Source: Bigelowiella natans CCMP2755 (taxonomy: Eukaryota > Protista > Cercozoa). From it: a stretch of 64,000 bases of DNA. Below the pieces are notes generated by a model that was given only the letters and a program-made list of their open reading frames with translations, ran no database searches and had not been told where the DNA came from. Of the stretch, positions 60,230 to 64,000 are shown piece after piece. The first letter of the stretch is position 1, and each line of letters begins with the position of its first letter. The DNA is taken from contig ADNK01000770.1 of the NCBI GenBank assembly GCA_000320545.1, positions 1 through 64,000 of the forward strand, in the 5' to 3' direction. Made by a program: the position numbers and the translations under genes.

Positions 60230-62345
60230 CACCAAATCACCGCCAACTCAACTCCCTCAGGCAGCGGCGACATACCTTGGAAGAGATAGCGAAGATGCTG
60301 CCCGCACGGCAAGCAGGGCCTATATTCGGAGGAAATTTCCATTCGCGAGCAGCACACATGAGCTGGTCCGCAGTGCAATGGATGCGGCTGTTTCATGCGG
60401 CCTTCCCTACCCAAAGGCTGCACAGATCGTATCGGTAATAGCCGCTGAGGAAACGATGGAGTCATGCCTGGGGGGGGGTCGCATGTCATCGATACCGAGT
60501 GCAGTCGAAGCGGCCAAGGACGCTGCTCTCGCTGCAGGCCTACCGATGAAGGAGGCTAGCCAAATCACTGCGCTCGTGAGCGTTCGCGCGGTGGTGAGGA
60601 ATCAGCTCAAATCCGACGCATCCGTCATGACTACAGCCAAGAGCGCGGTGATGGCAGCGAAGCTTGCAGGCTTGTCGCCCGACGCAGCAGGTCTCACTTC
60701 GGCGACACTCATCAGTAAAGAGGTCGCAAATTGGATGCTCAGCGAGGAGGCCAAAAGGGGGCACAGCCCCGCCGTCGTAGGCAACATGGCTGCAAAGGCC
60801 GCGCTTGCGTGCTGGAGAACGTGCGAGTCTTTCCACCACGAGCATATTCCAAGCAGCGTGGTGAGCCAATGGCAGGCGGCTGTTGCCGAGGCGATGGTGT
60901 ACAACGAAGCCGCCCCGGACCACGTCATCGTTGCCGTGAAGGACCTGGCTATATCTAGCGGCATGTCCTCGTCGGAGAGCAGCCTTTCCACTGCCCGAAT
61001 AGCTACGCGAGCCATCGTGGACCATCACCTGCTTCAGGGCAGAGACCACGGCTCCACCGCATCGATAGCCAAATCGATAGCGCGGCTGTGCGGCCTGGAG
61101 GATCACAAGGCGTCCGTCGTGTCTGCTGATGTCGTCTGCAAGTCCATGATCAACACCATGGGCAACATCGATGACGTCTCGCTGGCACAAAATGCGCTTC
61201 GAGCTGTGCTCGCGACCGGCCTCACCACTGAGGAGGCGGCAAATATCACTGGGAGGGCGATCGCCCAGCCGATGGCAGAAAGGCTCATTCGAGAGGGCGT
61301 TGATACGTCTAGTGTGGTGTTGCGGCTGACGGATGCAGTGACTGCGTGTGGAATGGCGGACGAGAGCATTGTCAGGAGTTTAGTGGCATTTGCAACGGCA
61401 AAATGCGTGGCCGAGGGAAAAGCCGCCGCAGGAGAGTCTCCCTCGAACGTAGTCCGTGCAGCCCTCGAGGCAGCCCGTGAGGGAGGGGTGAAGAACAAAG
61501 ATGCCAGAGTGATCGTCACCAAAGTGGCGGTTAGAGCTGTAGTGGACGCTGCTGTGCGAAAGGGCGGGATTCGTGAAGTGTGCGGGGTGGCACGAGAAGC
61601 TGGAGCTGCAGTCGCAGATGTTGGATGGGACGAGGAGCACAATCAAGATGAGGTTGCGAAATCTGTTGTCAGAGCAGCGACCGAAGCCATGCTCGTAGCC
61701 GGAAGGGATCCCGGGGAAACTGTGGATAAAGCGAAGAGCCTGTTGAAATGCCTGCAAGACAACAACGAAGATACTCTTGAAGCTCCTTTCACGGACAATC
61801 AGAACCTCATGGTGGCGCAGATCGCAGCTCGAATCCAGGCCGAGCTGCTGGTAGAAGGAGGAACATTGCCCAGGCAAGTCGCGGAGCAGGCTAAGGAAGT
61901 AGCATATCTGGCGGGGGTAACTTACGCTCAAGCCGCTCGGATTGCCACCGAATCCACTATACAGGCTCTCGTGCACGATATGGTGCAAAAAGATCAGCTG
62001 CCCTCTGAGATTGCATCGGCAGCGACTGAGGCCGCACTAGCAGCAAAACTGTCCTTGAAGGAGACGGCGGTATCCTCCGTCGGTAGCATCATGCACAACC
62101 TCCACGGCGCTGCCGAGCAAGTTCGCGTCCGCTTTACTTCGTTCCCCGAGGGTATTGCGGGGATGCTAGCTGTGATGCAGGAAACGGGGAGAGTGATGTA
62201 CTATCTCGGCATTCTCGCGGTTCGCATCGCCTCGGTCCCCTTCGAGCTCTACAATTTTGTCTCTGAGCATCTACCCGATGAGGGCCGTCAGAATAAGAAC
62301 GGGGGTGGCGATGACAAGGAGGCGCGAGCGGATAATCCTAGCTGA
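55607..62345 (+). CDS. ~2000-aa Ala-rich helical-repeat protein with signal-like leader ending in RLRGG; unknown function
   Basis: Exons ~55607-55900, ~55979-56202, ~56353-57684, 57957-59961, 60261-62345; phases checked at the last two junctions are consistent. Recurrent A..AA.AAGL...EA..I units. Confidence 0.8.
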
Positions 62346-63568
62346 GGGAGCCGTTAGAAGAGCAGCTACCTAACTGCGTTCTATTTAGCATCGAAATAGT
62401 GAAGTAACTGTGCATGTGCAAGCTCATTTGCGGTAGGTGCAGAAGTAAGCGCACAGAGGGATCATAAATGCCTTATACACATGCACACGCACACTCGGAC
62501 CGCTACGACAAAGTGACAAGACAATATTACTGCACGTGATCGTAAAGCATTTACATTTCCACAAAGTAAGTACCATAGGAGATATATACATGTAGAGGAA
62601 TAACGCACCGCCCTTTCTAGCTTTTGAGAGGTATGTGCGCCAATGTAGTTATATTAGTACATCATATCATGGCCATTTATTTACAAGTAAAAGCCATGGG
62701 TAGCTAAACATGAGATGTCAGCGCAAATATTGTGTGTGTGCTTCATTGTTGTGCTTCAATTAGACATGTGTTAATGCTGGCTGCATAAAACTATAAATAA
62801 ACGCTTGTACGTATGGATTCGTATAGTAGTATGTTTCGATCTATGCGCATCATAATATGCAACATAGCATGGCTAAAGTCTGTGTGTAACAAACATACGT
62901 TTTACATACAACGTCTGCTGGATGTACCTAGGTACGATACGTATGTACATCTAGTAGCATAGGACATAGACGTTAACGCTAACTGCATTGGTGCGCAGCA
63001 CTGCTCATGCAATTATTACCTGCACTTAAAAAAGACCAACCCCGTAGCCCGTACTAGCGTAGCCTAGCGCTATCCGCAATAATCGTAATGTAACATCTTT
63101 GCATAGCTACATTATAGAATAACAATTGTGTCTACTATACTACTACAATTAATAAGCATTTAATCATATCGATCATTGTATCCGTCTCACAACATGATTA
63201 TAGGATTGTTATATTGTACAGTTGAAACACAACGACCGCAGCAGTAGGTAGTCATAGTGACTGTTTGCATTATTTATGTTTGAGGATTGTGAATATACAG
63301 TATCGGCCATGTGAAGATGTACCATGCGCTATGTATAGCTCAGTGCCAACGCGACGCGCGTTTGTATGTGTGACAAAAAATGTGGTACGATACGCGCACG
63401 TACAACGAGGATCAATTCAGCAACATGTAGATAGTAAAGCAAACCATAAGCCAATAATGCCTAGCTCGTCCTATAATGTGGCTTTATTATTATTATTTTT
63501 TTTTACTCACAAATACACGCATAGCAGTCTGGTAGCCCGTATGTAATCCTGAGGATCTATTAAAAGCA

Positions 63569-64000
63569 CTACGGATCCACACTTTCCTCGTGAGCGATAG
63601 GCAGCCGTCTTCCTTTCCAGTCGATGGAATAGTTTCCTTTCTCATCTACTTCAATACTGTGAACTGAGAGCATCGAAAACACACAAAAACCGTCACGCAC
63701 CATCAGGGTGATTACTAAGAAACGTGATAAGGAGCACTTTAACAGATCATTACCAAGTGACTCCGCAATTGAGGAAGCTAGGACACCCATCATACTCTCC
63801 TGGGTCTTCGGTATCGTAACCTCGAGAAAGTAGAAGCAATAACAGGTGAATGATTCAACCAGTCGCTCATTACTCATGTGACGCCCCGAAAAGAGCCCCG
63901 AAAGGAGATTACGTACCGGATGGAACAGCGCCCCACTGGATTCGCAGTATTTCATATTGCCGGGAGTAAATGGAGCTAGTAGTGTTGCCCCTAAAATCAT
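63569..64000 (-). CDS. 3' end of a UPF0598/C8orf82-like (DUF4505) gene, partial
   Basis: GATLLAPFTPGNM...GALFHP|...MGVLASSIAESL|...SIDWKGRRLPI resembles the C8orf82 C-terminus as I recall it (LAVPFEP..GRLYHP..GLVRSALA..VRWQGRRLAL). Confidence 0.7.
   Translation of the reverse strand: MILGATLLAPFTPGNMKYCESSGALFHPVRNLLSGLFSGRHMSNERLVESFTCYCFYFLEVTIPKTQESMMGVLASSIAESLGNDLLKCSLSRFLVITLMVRDGFCVFSMLSVHSIEVDEKGNYSIDWKGRRLPIAHEESVDP

Noticed and set aside
1-64000. CRISPR arrays, rRNA genes, telomeric repeats
   Set aside because: None seen. (CTA)n at the window start is an intronic microsatellite, not TTAGGG.

Overview
Intron-rich, gene-dense eukaryotic nuclear DNA, most consistent with a chlorarachniophyte alga such as Bigelowiella. 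This is inferred from the short ~60-nt GT-AG introns, signal+transit bipartite leaders and an RLRGG leader motif. Exons were assembled by hand, so gene boundaries are approximate. Host genes are: TKL-type pseudokinase, RRM+BRCT protein, Spinster-like MFS transporter, Kv channel, TRAPPC3/BET3, a small basic protein, aldose 1-epimerase, MCM2, a small plastid membrane protein, ZNHIT2, an unknown gene, an amino-acid transporter, a METTL7-like methyltransferase, a disrupted ubiquitin-like fusion, D27-like carotene isomerase, a ~2000-aa Ala-rich repeat protein and the 3' end of a C8orf82-like gene. Most sit in head-to-head pairs separated by purine/pyrimidine-alternating spacers. The main discovery is an intact, very young Ty3/gypsy LTR retrotransposon (46518-52233; apparently identical 326-bp LTRs, CAAA TSD). 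Its single Gag-Pol ORF has a D(27)E integrase and ends in a degenerate DIRS/Dam-like N6-adenine DNA methyltransferase domain where a chromodomain would be. It inserted into host DNA strongly depleted of TpA.
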